Virus record (IMG/VR): IMGVR_UViG_3300032280_000753
Coordinates: 1 to 64,000 of that record
DNA: 64,000 bases
Origin: a virus
Lineage: Duplodnaviria > Caudoviricetes
Direction: 5' to 3' (one strand)
The translations under genes and the position numbers were made by a program. Positions 25,763-36,491 of this stretch are shown here, in pieces (the first letter of the stretch is position 1; each line of letters opens with the position of its first letter). The notes beneath the pieces were generated by a model. It was not told the DNA's origin. It did no database searches and was given only the letters and a program-made list of their open reading frames with translations.

Positions 25763-28700
25763 TTATCCTACCGTTGGTAATGTTGGTATTGATGATTGTG
25801 TTGGTCCTGCAACTGCCGAGGCGACCGATGCATCCTGATTTCTTACTTCGTTTTCTTGCACATCAGGATCATATACATTGTTGAAAACGTTTGAATAGTC
25901 GCCTACTTGATATACCGGCGAAGTTGTAATCCCAGCAAAATCTATGCCTGGAGTTATATCATGTATTACAGTTCCTGCCATTGATATTTTGAGAAATTTT
26001 GGCGCTCGTGAAGAATTATGTCCAAGCGCATTCCATTCCGCACCAGTTTCCCATGTAGAATTTTTCCAATCAAATTGTATGCTCTTAAATGCAATAGCCA
26101 TACCTTTCCCGGTAGTTGATTCAAAAGCTTGCATAATTGGATTTTGTTCGCCAAAGAAATTTAATATTGCGGTGCGAGAAGCTGTTCTTGAAGCTTCCTG
26201 TGCAGCTCTCGCTTGGTCCGGAGTTGTTGGTGTAACTGCGGGAGCCGGTGCAGCCGTTCCAGCACTACTATTTGCCAACTCCGTTGCTTTACTATTCACA
26301 TAGTATGGATCAGGAATTGGTCTTAAATTATTTTGAAATGCTTCTCTAATTTCAATCGCTCTTGCATTTAATTGAGAACGATCTCGTGCTTCTTGACCAG
26401 AAGCACCCCCAAACACATCAGTGATTCCGGAAAGTGCTGCCGCCCCCCATTCACGACTGCTGATATTTGGATTTGGACAACGATATATTGCAGAAAGTCC
26501 TGTTGCACCTCTAACTTGCCAATCTACTTTGTATTCACAAATCAAATCATTAGCATCTGGAGATAAAACAACATCTGTTACTTTAAATTTTACATTTTGA
26601 TTGCTTAATCGGCGTCGAAAAAGTCTTGGAATTTCCAAATAGTCCCGACCTGGTGCTTGCACTAAGCCACCATTACCAAATATCAATGATCTTCTTCCTA
26701 AAGTTGGCATATTTAGACTAAATTCATCATCTCTCTGCAATCTTCCGGAATTAATTCTGGCAAATATTCTTTCACGATTATTTGCAATTTGCGTATTCAA
26801 TGCCTCGTCGGCTGGTGGTGCAGTTTGTGCAGTTGGTGCAGCTTGTCCTTCAATATTTAATCTAAAATTATTATTTCCTTGAGTTAATCCAAATGCTCTG
26901 GCTACATTAAATTTACTATAATTTGATTTCCAAAGATCGCCAAGGCGTAGTCTAATGATTGGAGATCCGCCAGCTATTTGAGAAAATGGCTGGATAAATT
27001 TCTGTCCATTCGGAGTGTTTACTTTTCTACCAGCAGTATATTGAGGATATACCATTGTTACTAATTTGTTAATTTTCCACCACATATTGTTGTGATCTTG
27101 TGGACTTGTTGCAACCACATAAAAACTCAACGATATGTCTCTTGTGGTTCCCTTATACGTGTGAATTGGTTCAACACGACCATATGGTGTTTGAGCATTC
27201 CAATCTGCACTAAAATTATCCTGAGTATCTTCTAAAAATGCATGAAATGAAATTATTTCATTTGTTCTCAAGTCATGAAAATAGAAAGGCATATAACTGG
27301 TTTCTAATCTTGCTTCTATAGCTTTTACATCTTTTGGTTGTAATCTTGGCTCTGTGGTAGTCATTGCTCCTATAGCGGTTAAACTATTCATAGCTGCCTG
27401 TCCATTATCACTTGCAAGACCTGCTGTAGTTATAATATTTCGTGGCAATATATAAGTGGATGGAGTGGTAGTAGTCGCCCATGCTAATGGAGCTATATTT
27501 GGCGACCCAAATCCAAACCCTTGTGTCAGACGGCTTTTGCGAATTAAGCTTGATAAATTAATTTCCGCAAGTCTTCCGTCCTCTGATTGCAGACCAGGAA
27601 TCATATCTGGCTCTTCATCAATAGTTATTTGTTCTAAATTATTAATTGTTGCTGCACCTATAATAACAAGATCATCTATAAATCCTCTTAGTCTACCTTT
27701 ATAAAACTGATTAATGATATTCTGAGCACCTTCGACTCCAGCAGCAGAAGCACCATATACACCATCACCAGCATTAGCTGCAATGCTTAATCCAGTTCCA
27801 ACAGTAGACTCAACTATAACCCTATTAATAGAACGTAGAATTGTTGCATACCAACCCGTTTCCTTTTGTAGACGTTTAGCTATAATAGCTTGAGCTACAG
27901 AAGCGGCAAATGCAGCACTTCCAAGAATACCTGCGCCCTCGGTGAGTGGCGGCAATCCAAAGAACGTTACAAATCCAACCTTGAAGTTATCTAAGTATTC
28001 TTCGCTTGTTTTAACCAAAGCCGCTATTCCAACTAATATCGTGGCTAACGTTCCTATTTGAATTGCCAATCCTGGAATGGAAGCAATTGTATTTCCATTA
28101 TTAAAAGCATTAAGCCAATTGTTATAGCTTCCATAACTCAATACTTCATCTTCTTTTAAGCTCGGCAAATCAAAATCTGCAAAGTCAGGATTGTTTTGTT
28201 TGAGAACTGTAGAAGCTCTCATTTCTTCAAATGGAACTTTAATACCTAATCTGGCTCTGCCAGGAGCTAATGTTGCCGCTCTTGCTAATAATACTTCATC
28301 TGTATTAAATGCATTCTTTGGGACATAATATTCTCCAGAACTTTTAAGGGTTACTTGACTACCCAAAGATTGCACTAAGTCTTGATTCGCAAAGAAGTTT
28401 CCGCCAGCAGAAACATTTCCTGTTTGACTACCACCATTAGCTATAGTTGGTTGTATCTTTGAATGTGAACCCAATTTTGTGGGAAGAACTATTCTTCCCA
28501 CATTAGATTGTTTTTCTGCAATTACTTGTCCACCTGGAAGATAAACATTGTTTGGAGAATTGCTATTCTTTAATGTTACAGTTCTTATAACGCTTGCAGG
28601 AAGTTCGTTATTATTTTCGGTGCCATAACTCTGTATCGTATTATCTCTATTTATCTCTCCAAGCAAAACATCATATTCTTTTGAATTAACATTAGCTGCG

Positions 28701-29179
28701 GTTGCTTTTCCCTTTATGATGTTAATATCTAATTGCCCGCTATCAGATAGATTGACAAATAGGGATTTGCCAATAGTTCCAGCGGTTGCTCTATTAATAA
28801 ATGCTACTGGACCCGCTGGAGGACTGCCAGGAGCTTCATCGGATATTGCAACTGGATTACCATTGTTGTCAGTTATAACCGATCCTAATATAGCTCCTTC
28901 GGTCAATTGCGAGTCGATACCATATTTGTTTTTTGCTTCCGATGTGGTTCCAACGGCATATGCTTGGGCGGTTCTTAAAGTTTGAATGTTATAATCATCT
29001 GAATCAAACTTAAATGTATTGCGTTCTCCAGAAGTTGTAAGAACAATTGAGATGGTTGATTTGTTTTGAGTAGCTAATACTTCTGTAACGTTTGCAGGAT
29101 ATGTCGTTGATGTATTGCTACGTGGCGATACATCCGAATTCGGTGGCACTAATGGAATTACTGGATCTCTTGGTGGCAT
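25763..29179 (-). CDS. large baseplate / tail-tube-initiator protein
   Basis: Tube-like domain FHAFLEDTQDNFSADW...YGRVEPIHTYKGTTRDISLSF...PIIRLRLGDL; lies between tape measure and LysM genes. Confidence 0.65.
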   Translation of the reverse strand: MPPRDPVIPLVPPNSDVSPRSNTSTTYPANVTEVLATQNKSTISIVLTTSGERNTFKFDSDDYNIQTLRTAQAYAVGTTSEAKNKYGIDSQLTEGAILGSVITDNNGNPVAISDEAPGSPPAGPVAFINRATAGTIGKSLFVNLSDSGQLDINIIKGKATAANVNSKEYDVLLGEINRDNTIQSYGTENNNELPASVIRTVTLKNSNSPNNVYLPGGQVIAEKQSNVGRIVLPTKLGSHSKIQPTIANGGSQTGNVSAGGNFFANQDLVQSLGSQVTLKSSGEYYVPKNAFNTDEVLLARAATLAPGRARLGIKVPFEEMRASTVLKQNNPDFADFDLPSLKEDEVLSYGSYNNWLNAFNNGNTIASIPGLAIQIGTLATILVGIAALVKTSEEYLDNFKVGFVTFFGLPPLTEGAGILGSAAFAASVAQAIIAKRLQKETGWYATILRSINRVIVESTVGTGLSIAANAGDGVYGASAAGVEGAQNIINQFYKGRLRGFIDDLVIIGAATINNLEQITIDEEPDMIPGLQSEDGRLAEINLSSLIRKSRLTQGFGFGSPNIAPLAWATTTTPSTYILPRNIITTAGLASDNGQAAMNSLTAIGAMTTTEPRLQPKDVKAIEARLETSYMPFYFHDLRTNEIISFHAFLEDTQDNFSADWNAQTPYGRVEPIHTYKGTTRDISLSFYVVATSPQDHNNMWWKINKLVTMVYPQYTAGRKVNTPNGQKFIQPFSQIAGGSPIIRLRLGDLWKSNYSKFNVARAFGLTQGNNNFRLNIEGQAAPTAQTAPPADEALNTQIANNRERIFARINSGRLQRDDEFSLNMPTLGRRSLIFGNGGLVQAPGRDYLEIPRLFRRRLSNQNVKFKVTDVVLSPDANDLICEYKVDWQVRGATGLSAIYRCPNPNISSREWGAAALSGITDVFGGASGQEARDRSQLNARAIEIREAFQNNLRPIPDPYYVNSKATELANSSAGTAAPAPAVTPTTPDQARAAQEASRTASRTAILNFFGEQNPIMQAFESTTGKGMAIAFKSIQFDWKNSTWETGAEWNALGHNSSRAPKFLKISMAGTVIHDITPGIDFAGITTSPVYQVGDYSNVFNNVYDPDVQENEVRNQDASVASAVAGPTQSSIPTLPTVG

Positions 29180-29197
29180 ATAGTATAACTACTACTT

Positions 29198-29380
29198 CTA
29201 TATTTTTTTTGTTGTAGAAATTATATCAGATGCTTCCTGTAAAGGAATGATAATTCGCTTTTCAGCATCTTCCATGAATTCTTTTATTTTTTCTATGATT
29301 AATTGCTTTTGATCATCAGGATAATGATCAAATAACTGATAATATTGATCTTGTTTCATTAATTCATCAAATAATGACAT
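29198..29380 (-). CDS. small hypothetical protein
   Basis: 60 aa, SD GAGGA, fills the gap after the tape measure gene. Confidence 0.55.
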   Translation of the reverse strand: MSLFDELMKQDQYYQLFDHYPDDQKQLIIEKIKEFMEDAEKRIIIPLQEASDIISTTKKI

Positions 29381-29392
29381 ATTTCCTCATCC

Positions 29393-32300
29393 TCATGGTA
29401 TCCTTGCTGCTCCGCCTCCTTGTGGAGCACGTAGAACAAAGCGTGACTCTCCTGGGCGGGTTGCTAATGCTTGTTCAAATCTATCTGCATCCAGTTTGAC
29501 TTCAACGTTAACTTGTAATGTAAAGTTTCTATTGTTGATCGTATATGTTCCAGTAGCAAGTCCTGCTTTATTAACGAAGCGATTAAGACTTGTGCTGATA
29601 TTAACAGGATTTGATTCGTTCAGAATTCCTCCTACAGCATTAATACTATCTAACATTTGAGCAAAAGGACCGCCAGCTCCGGCAATGCTATTTAATTGAC
29701 TGTTAATGGCAGTAATTCCATTACTAAGATTTCCTATGCCTTCTTGACCCAAAGAAGAAATATTAATAACTGCATTTAATATTTCTGAGACTGCTTTAAC
29801 TTTAGTATCTATTCCTCTTGGCAATCCGGATATTCCGGAATTACTAATAGCATCTACAATCGTCTTTATAACTCCACCCCCACCCGTGCCAAATAAACTT
29901 TCAACCATCTGCTTGGCTTGTTGAAATATATTTCTAAAAGTAGTTCCACTAAAAGTTGTTCCGCCACTTTTAGTTTCAACAGAACCAGTTTCTTTAACCG
30001 AGTTTACTAAACTAACAACTGTTCCAATGATAGAGCCAACAATTTCTGCACCTTTGACAGCTCTGTTTAATTGTCCTGCTGTTAATCCTTTAGTTACTTC
30101 AACTATTCCACTTATCAATGCAGGAAGATCATTTTTTACAGCACCGATAATAGCTATAACCCCCTTAACTTGGTCGCCAATTGCATCCAAAGCAGCTCTT
30201 CGAAGAGCACCAAGTCTTCCTTCTCTGGCTTCTGATAGTGCTTTTACATATTCAGGATCAACTTTAATGCTTCCTACCAAACCAACTATTCCACTCAATA
30301 TAGAACCCGAAGCCTTAACCCCTTCTACATTTACATTTGGAATTGTAGATAGTTCTCTAACAACTTCACTTGCAGTTTTAATTAAGCCATCTCGACCGGT
30401 TAATACATTTTTCATATTTTTGAGCCAAGCATTAATATCGGTTGCCCTACGAACGCTAACTCCAGTTAATCCAACCTCGGTCCCGCCTCCTGCACCTTCT
30501 GGTGGTTTTATTGCTTCTGCTAAAGCTGCGACGGCAGTTATAACTGGACCAATCGCTTCAAGACTTTTCAATTGTTCTGGAGTTATATTACTCAAACTGC
30601 CAGATATAGTAGTTATTATTTCTGTTATGCTACCAGTCATTCCTTTAATGATGTTGTTTAATTGTGCGAGCGGACCTCCATCTCCAGCACCAAATAAATT
30701 ATTTAATAATCCAGCCGGGCTCAGATTTGTTATTAATGAAGTAATTGAAGATATTGCTCCCGCAGTCATTATTGCAGAAAAAACTCCTGCAAATGAAATT
30801 ATAGCCCCAAAAACCTTGACAAATGCATCTAACTTCGGTGCAAAATCTGCTGGTTTTCCTATGTTGATATTTTTGATTTTATCTATAAAGCCAATAATAC
30901 TATAAACCATTCCACCAACAACGGCTAATATGGCTCCAAACCCAACAGCGGCGGCGGCCAACGCCGCCCCGCCTGTTGCGACTATTAAGGCACCAAGCAA
31001 TCCAGCGGCAACTATTAGAGGAATTGCGGCTGTAAATATTATAACACCTGCACCCATAGCTATTCCTGCTTTCATAACATCCCCAATTGAATATTGTAAA
31101 AGCATCTCAGAAACTATAGCCAAAACACCAGCTATAATAATAACCATTGGAATAAGGGCACCTACTGTCAAATATGCCTTTCCTACATCTGCAAGATTAA
31201 CTTTTGAAAGAAGCTTAGAGGCGGCACCTAATCCAGCTATTCCTATAGCTGCGGCACCTAATACAGCTAATGATTTAACAATTCCTTCTATTGGAGTATC
31301 CTTAAGCTCGTCCGCCATCTTTTTTACTGCTATAGACAAAAGATAGCCACCAACTGCTAATGCGGCAGCTATAGCTACTAACTTTAATCCTAATTTAGTA
31401 GCATCAGCAACTCCAAATCTTCCAAGAGCATCGTTTGTTTGAACTATCTGCCCTGCTGCACGGGGACTTAAAGGAATGCTGCTTAATGCTCTTCCAGGTG
31501 GCGGCATAGGAGGCATTCTTCTTGCAATTCCTCCTACTGCACCTTGAGCTGCTGTTGAGGCAGATGCTGTAGTAGCTGCTTTAACCATTGATTGAATAAA
31601 CAAATTACTTAATCCAGCAGTCAAACCACCTAAAGCACTACGAAATAATGCAGGTCCAAATAATAGTAACATTATTCTTCCCTTATATGGCTCAATCATC
31701 TCGGAAAGCTTTGCAAATGCGGTGCTAAACAGTTCTTTAAGAGCTTCTATTAGAGGAGGCGCAGCATCCTTAATTGCTTTGAATAATCCAGACAATATCT
31801 CCATTAATTGTCCACCGAACCCATTAACATCTATAGGCAATGCTTCGCCTTTTAAGAAGCCATTAATGCCTTTGATAATTTTAGTTAATCCATCAAATAA
31901 CAAAGGTATGGCTATTTTAAGTCCAGCGACACCAGCAGCCAATATAGTTTTAAAGAATGTTTTAAAACCTTCTATTATCTTTCTGCCTGCACCACTTGAT
32001 GCATCAAAATGATCAAAAAATATACTTTTTAATCTATCAAAAAGATTTTTCATTCCAGCTTCTGGATTTGTTTGTAACTCTTTGAAGAAGGTTTTGAAAA
32101 CTCCAACAACTCTATCCATCATTGCTTTCCAACGAGCAGGATTGAATAAGCCTTGTAAACCCTTTACGATATCTTGAACTCCTGGGAATGTTTCAACGAA
32201 TGCTCTGCCAACCTGTATGCCAGCTCGCCTTACCGTTCGCAAGACTTGCCGTATTTCCCTGAAGACTTTCAAGAAGTCCCTACTTCGGAATATACCTCTC

Positions 32301-33778
32301 TCAAAACCTTCAAAGAAGGCTGCAAACAATCCTTTTTGTAATCCACCACCAGATTTAATTAATCTTTCAATTGATCCTGCAAGCTTTTGCATTGATTCCG
32401 CTTGTGACAATTGTTTCTTTTCTGCTTCGCCAGATTTTTTCTTAATTTGATCTAAGCTTAATCCTCTGTTTTCTTGTGCAAACGCTAACGCTGCCTCTTC
32501 CTGAGACATATTAACAGTTGTTGCCAAGTATTGTTGTTCACGCCTACTTAAACTTTCAAAACTCTTGCCAGTTCTTTCAAGTCCTTGTCGCAAGAGATCT
32601 AAACGTTCAGCCGGGCTCTCTGCCCTCATTATTCGTTCAGTTTCTATCTGTATACCAAACTGTTGATTTAACTTCGAAGCGGCTTCGGCTGCTGTATCGA
32701 AATTATCAAAGGTATCCATAATACCAGCAAGTGATTTAACTTCAATACCAAGTTTGTGTGCATATACTACAGTTTCTGAGAGAGCCTTTTTACTCATTCC
32801 TCCGAAATGTTTCATATCTGCCTCAAGTTCAGCCATATCATGACCAATTACTTGAGCGTTAATTCCAAAAGCTTCTCCCATTTGAATTGCATAATTGGCA
32901 GTTTCCCTTAGCTCTTCATCCATGGTTCTGCCAGATATAATAGATTGTCGAGCAACAGCTTTCATGCCTTCAGCACTAATATTAAGACCTTTTTGAAAAG
33001 CTCCTACTGCTTCCGCACTTTTTATTAAGCCGCCGCTAACTATAACACCAAACATGTTTCCAAGATTTTTAGCAAGTTCAGTAAAATACTTCAATCTTTC
33101 TGCTAAGTTGCCAAATGTTTTATAAACAGATAATGTAGTTGGACCAAGAGTGCCACTCATGCTTTTAGCTAAGTCTTGAATTGCTTTAGCACCATTAGTT
33201 CTTAAATCACCAAATTCTTTTCTAATGGCTTCTAAAGCTTCTCTTAATCCACCACCACCACCACCGTCACCGGCAGCTTTTTCAAATAAGAAACTCCATA
33301 AAGCAAATGGAAATCTAATTACTGAAAGCGCAAACTGACCAAAAGTGCTAATAACATTTTTCAATATATTTTTAACACCTCCTAATATATTGAAAGTGGT
33401 TTGAAAACCGGCTATAGCTCCATCAATAGCCATAGCAGCTACATTCATTTTTTCTATATTCTTAGCTGCTTGTCCAGCAGCATCCGAGGCGGAATTAAGA
33501 GCATCTTTCATTTTTTTGCTGCCGCCAGCAACATTTCCTACTGCATTTTGACCGCTCTCTTCCATTTTTTTCAAAGCAGCATCAGCAGCTTCTATCTGAT
33601 CATTGATTTGCTTAAAGTTTTCATTCAACTTTGAAACATCAACGTTGCCCATGGCTTCAGCCATTTGTTGCATAATAGCCAATTGTCCACGCTGAATTTT
33701 AGCTTGCGTAAGATATAACTGATTTTGCTCTAAAAGCATTTTATTCAGTTGTGCCGTTATTTCAATGTTTGATGCCAT
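29393..33778 (-). CDS. tail tape measure protein
   Basis: 1461 aa, helical and Ala/Gly/Leu-rich with hydrophobic stretches; lies between chaperone and baseplate genes. Confidence 0.85.
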   Translation of the reverse strand: MASNIEITAQLNKMLLEQNQLYLTQAKIQRGQLAIMQQMAEAMGNVDVSKLNENFKQINDQIEAADAALKKMEESGQNAVGNVAGGSKKMKDALNSASDAAGQAAKNIEKMNVAAMAIDGAIAGFQTTFNILGGVKNILKNVISTFGQFALSVIRFPFALWSFLFEKAAGDGGGGGGLREALEAIRKEFGDLRTNGAKAIQDLAKSMSGTLGPTTLSVYKTFGNLAERLKYFTELAKNLGNMFGVIVSGGLIKSAEAVGAFQKGLNISAEGMKAVARQSIISGRTMDEELRETANYAIQMGEAFGINAQVIGHDMAELEADMKHFGGMSKKALSETVVYAHKLGIEVKSLAGIMDTFDNFDTAAEAASKLNQQFGIQIETERIMRAESPAERLDLLRQGLERTGKSFESLSRREQQYLATTVNMSQEEAALAFAQENRGLSLDQIKKKSGEAEKKQLSQAESMQKLAGSIERLIKSGGGLQKGLFAAFFEGFERGIFRSRDFLKVFREIRQVLRTVRRAGIQVGRAFVETFPGVQDIVKGLQGLFNPARWKAMMDRVVGVFKTFFKELQTNPEAGMKNLFDRLKSIFFDHFDASSGAGRKIIEGFKTFFKTILAAGVAGLKIAIPLLFDGLTKIIKGINGFLKGEALPIDVNGFGGQLMEILSGLFKAIKDAAPPLIEALKELFSTAFAKLSEMIEPYKGRIMLLLFGPALFRSALGGLTAGLSNLFIQSMVKAATTASASTAAQGAVGGIARRMPPMPPPGRALSSIPLSPRAAGQIVQTNDALGRFGVADATKLGLKLVAIAAALAVGGYLLSIAVKKMADELKDTPIEGIVKSLAVLGAAAIGIAGLGAASKLLSKVNLADVGKAYLTVGALIPMVIIIAGVLAIVSEMLLQYSIGDVMKAGIAMGAGVIIFTAAIPLIVAAGLLGALIVATGGAALAAAAVGFGAILAVVGGMVYSIIGFIDKIKNINIGKPADFAPKLDAFVKVFGAIISFAGVFSAIMTAGAISSITSLITNLSPAGLLNNLFGAGDGGPLAQLNNIIKGMTGSITEIITTISGSLSNITPEQLKSLEAIGPVITAVAALAEAIKPPEGAGGGTEVGLTGVSVRRATDINAWLKNMKNVLTGRDGLIKTASEVVRELSTIPNVNVEGVKASGSILSGIVGLVGSIKVDPEYVKALSEAREGRLGALRRAALDAIGDQVKGVIAIIGAVKNDLPALISGIVEVTKGLTAGQLNRAVKGAEIVGSIIGTVVSLVNSVKETGSVETKSGGTTFSGTTFRNIFQQAKQMVESLFGTGGGGVIKTIVDAISNSGISGLPRGIDTKVKAVSEILNAVINISSLGQEGIGNLSNGITAINSQLNSIAGAGGPFAQMLDSINAVGGILNESNPVNISTSLNRFVNKAGLATGTYTINNRNFTLQVNVEVKLDADRFEQALATRPGESRFVLRAPQGGGAARIP

Positions 33779-33862
33779 GTTTTACTATTTAACTTGTAGT
33801 GTTTATCCGGTCTTCTCATAATTACAATCGGATCTAAAATTTTAAGGTATTGAGGCAATATA

Positions 33863-34222
33863 ATGTCAGATAAAAAATCTAAACAACAACTTAACGAAAT
33901 TCGTCTATCATGGGCAGGTAAATTATTTTTTGCAGGTGTCGCAGCAAGATTAGCTCAAGTTGGACTTAAAAAGCTTGCAAATTCAATGGAAGAACAAGCA
34001 GAAGAAGGTTCTGAACAAGGAGAAATTGGTTTTCCATTTAAGCTTCAAGGAACTCCAGAACAAATTGCAGCAACCCAAGAAGTAATTCGTGCTTCAAAAG
34101 AATATCAAGAAGAACTTAAACGTGACGGCGCAACAGTTGAAACCGTAATGGAAAAACTTAATGCTCAAAATGTTGCTAAAAAATCTTTTGAAGAAAAAAC
34201 TGGCAAAGCTTGGCCACTCTGA
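33863..34222 (+). CDS. hypothetical protein
   Basis: SD GAGG, ATG; contains QQLNE near the N-terminus. Confidence 0.7.
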   Translation: MSDKKSKQQLNEIRLSWAGKLFFAGVAARLAQVGLKKLANSMEEQAEEGSEQGEIGFPFKLQGTPEQIAATQEVIRASKEYQEELKRDGATVETVMEKLNAQNVAKKSFEEKTGKAWPL

Positions 34223-34234
34223 TTGGAGCTTAAA

Positions 34235-34819
34235 ATGAAAAACTTAAAAAAACTATTATCTTATCTTCTTGAAAACATCGATGATGAAATTGAAAGCTTA
34301 AATCCATTAACTCGGCTAATAATGAACTATATTGACTCCGTGGATGAAATAGAAACGGCAGCAGAAGAAAATAATACTCAAAAAGTTGAAAGCCTTATAA
34401 CCAAATACGTCAATATTTATATTCCTTTTGAAGAAATACAAAAAGCCGCTGGTATCGTTAAAAATCAACAAGAATTTAATGATAAAATAGATAATGCTAT
34501 TGGTGATGCAACAGAATTTGTTGTAGATTACTATGGCGGATTAGATTTTGAAGGAATCAATGAAGGGGTTCAAGAAGAAAAGGGCTATAGAGGTCCAAAG
34601 AAATACAAAAAGGTTGTCGGTTCTGGCAAGAATAAGAAAACAGTTCGTTACGGAGCTAAAGGTTATTCCATTGCTCCAGGAACATCAAAGGGAGATAGCT
34701 ACTGTGCTCGCTCTTACGGTCAAATGAAAGATCATCCTTCTGCCGCTAAAGATGCTAACAGTCCCCTCAGATTATCACGTAAGAAATGGCGTTGCTCTAA
34801 AGATAAATCAAGAAAATGA
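34235..34819 (+). CDS. hypothetical protein with LKKLLSYLLE leader and basic Cys-containing C-terminal domain
   Basis: SD GGAG before ATG 34235; C-terminal GDSYCARS...SRKKWRC. Confidence 0.7.
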   Translation: MKNLKKLLSYLLENIDDEIESLNPLTRLIMNYIDSVDEIETAAEENNTQKVESLITKYVNIYIPFEEIQKAAGIVKNQQEFNDKIDNAIGDATEFVVDYYGGLDFEGINEGVQEEKGYRGPKKYKKVVGSGKNKKTVRYGAKGYSIAPGTSKGDSYCARSYGQMKDHPSAAKDANSPLRLSRKKWRCSKDKSRK

Positions 34820-35361
34820 AAAAGTTAAAAGAAAAGTTTTATACCTTCTCACACAAACCAACCGGCTACAAGAAAAAGGTCATTCAGAAAACCTTCTTGT
34901 TGCCTAATGGCAAACCTTATACTTCTTTCATTGATAGAACCCCAGATAGCGTCAATATCTTTCCTATGACTGAAGATGGTCAAATAGTGCTCGTAAAACA
35001 GTTTAGACCAGGCATAGAGCGAGTAGAGTTCGAACTACCTGGTGGCATGATAGACCCCGGAGAAAAGCCTTCCAGAGCCGCTGAGAGAGAACTATTAGAA
35101 GAGACTGGATATGAAGGCAATATAGAATTCTTATCAAGCCGAAGCTATTCCCCATATTCATCTGGTCTGCGACACGTGTATATATCTACTGGATGCAAGA
35201 AGGTAGCTAAAGATTTAGACTTAGATGATAATGAGTTTTTAGAAGTTGCCGTTGTAGATATGGAAGACTTAGAAAATCTTTTATTTGATGGAAAAATAAG
35301 AAACCCAGATGGAGCCTATATGGCATTACATCATCTGGGTCTTCTTAAGATACGTTTTTGA
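34816..35361 (+). CDS. Nudix hydrolase (ADP-ribose pyrophosphatase-like)
   Basis: Nudix box GGMIDPGEKPSRAAERELLEETGY, with KQFRPG, ELPGG and downstream SP. Confidence 0.9.
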   Translation: MKKLKEKFYTFSHKPTGYKKKVIQKTFLLPNGKPYTSFIDRTPDSVNIFPMTEDGQIVLVKQFRPGIERVEFELPGGMIDPGEKPSRAAERELLEETGYEGNIEFLSSRSYSPYSSGLRHVYISTGCKKVAKDLDLDDNEFLEVAVVDMEDLENLLFDGKIRNPDGAYMALHHLGLLKIRF

Positions 35362-35376
35362 TTGTTAAGATTTGGT

Positions 35377-36168
35377 CTATGAGGCACAGGTATAGTTTTC
35401 CGGCAGTTTCCATCCTTTATGCTGCTTGAAAATACCTTTAAAGACTTTATAAAGTGATTTTCTGTCTAACTTATTCTGTTCGCAAAACTTAAATATTCCA
35501 ACAAATTCAACTATTTCTCCTGCCGGAGAAAGAAGCTTATACCGCTGCTCTCGCCGGCCGCTTGTATTACAACTCTTCATTCCTTCAAGTCTCCGAGCTC
35601 GAATTTCAGGATTTTTCCATTGTTGAGCAGTTAATTCTTTTCTTTTTTCAGAAAGAGCTTTTCTTTCTTCTAAAGAAAGCTTGGCCCACATATGTTTTGA
35701 AGCTTCTCCAATATTATTTCGTCTACAACCATCTTTGCCTTCAATACGCTTCTGACGCTCAACAGGATCTTTCCAGAGTTGTTTTTGAATGTCCGAACAC
35801 TTGGTGAAAGTTTCTTCTGGTGTTTTAGAGAGTTTTCCTTCTCTTGAAATTGCCCGGTCACAGAGATTGTAGCATTGTTTTCCATTGTCAAACAATTGTT
35901 TGAGGTAGACCTCTTCTTTGGCAAGACGTTCTTCTCTGGTTCCCTCTACAACCTCAAGAACCTCAAACAAAAAAGCTTGTTCTCCACACTTAACAAAATC
36001 CGCCTGAAGAAACTTATTATGATGTTTGTTTTCTTTTAAAGATTTAGAATGTTGGCTCCAACGCTCTTTAAATCGTTTTGCAGAGCCAATGTAGATCCTA
36101 CCATTGATTTTATTCGTTATTTTATAAATGCCAGATTTAAGACTGTTTCCTTCAAACTTAAGCTCCAT
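35377..36168 (-). mobile_element. free-standing GIY-YIG homing endonuclease gene
   Basis: SGIYKITNKINGRIYIGSA, RWSQH, E...YN; NUMOD-like C-terminal DNA-binding region. Confidence 0.88.
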
Positions 36169-36195
36169 ATACCTACTCCTTTAAATAAGTATATG
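36166..36195 (-). promoter_or_regulatory. hairpin sequestering SD and AUG of the GIY-YIG gene, with putative late promoter in the 5' arm
   Basis: CAUAUACUUAUUU-AAAG-GAGUAGGUAUAUG, a 13-bp stem with GU pairs; TACTTA and TATTTA in the 5' arm. Confidence 0.7.
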
Positions 36196-36214
36196 TCAGA
36201 GGGCAGGTTTTGTG

Positions 36215-36491
36215 TCAAGTAAAGCGTTGTAAATTATGCGGAACTTGTGATCTTGTTTTCCCAGTAAGGGATCTTATATCTGGGGTATTGTGATGTGGCG
36301 CTTTACTCGGGATATCATTCTGAGATTCGTGAGCTTTACTTATTTCTTTTTCTATTCTCTTAATGAGCCATCTCTTATAGGCGATTGGATAGTTGTAATA
36401 TGTATTCCAATCCATCCCGAAATAATAGCCTAATAAGAAGAATGGCTCAAGGAGAACCGCTTCTTTATCGCTTGAAGTTAGGCCAAAAAAA
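36215..36491 (-). CDS. frameshifted C-terminal extension of the tail assembly chaperone (gp51-like/GT-like)
   Basis: Reading frame FFGLTSSDKEAVLLEPFFLLGYYFGMDW...KRWLIKRI overlaps the end of the gp26-like gene and lacks a good start of its own. Confidence 0.65.

Noticed and set aside
30027-32450. Long plus-strand ORFs (up to 292 aa) opposite the tape measure gene
   Set aside because: Antisense shadows caused by codon bias of the real gene; no SD or motifs
35377-36168. GIY-YIG as part of a group I intron
   Set aside because: Flanking genes look complete and there is no room for an intron core; treated as free-standing
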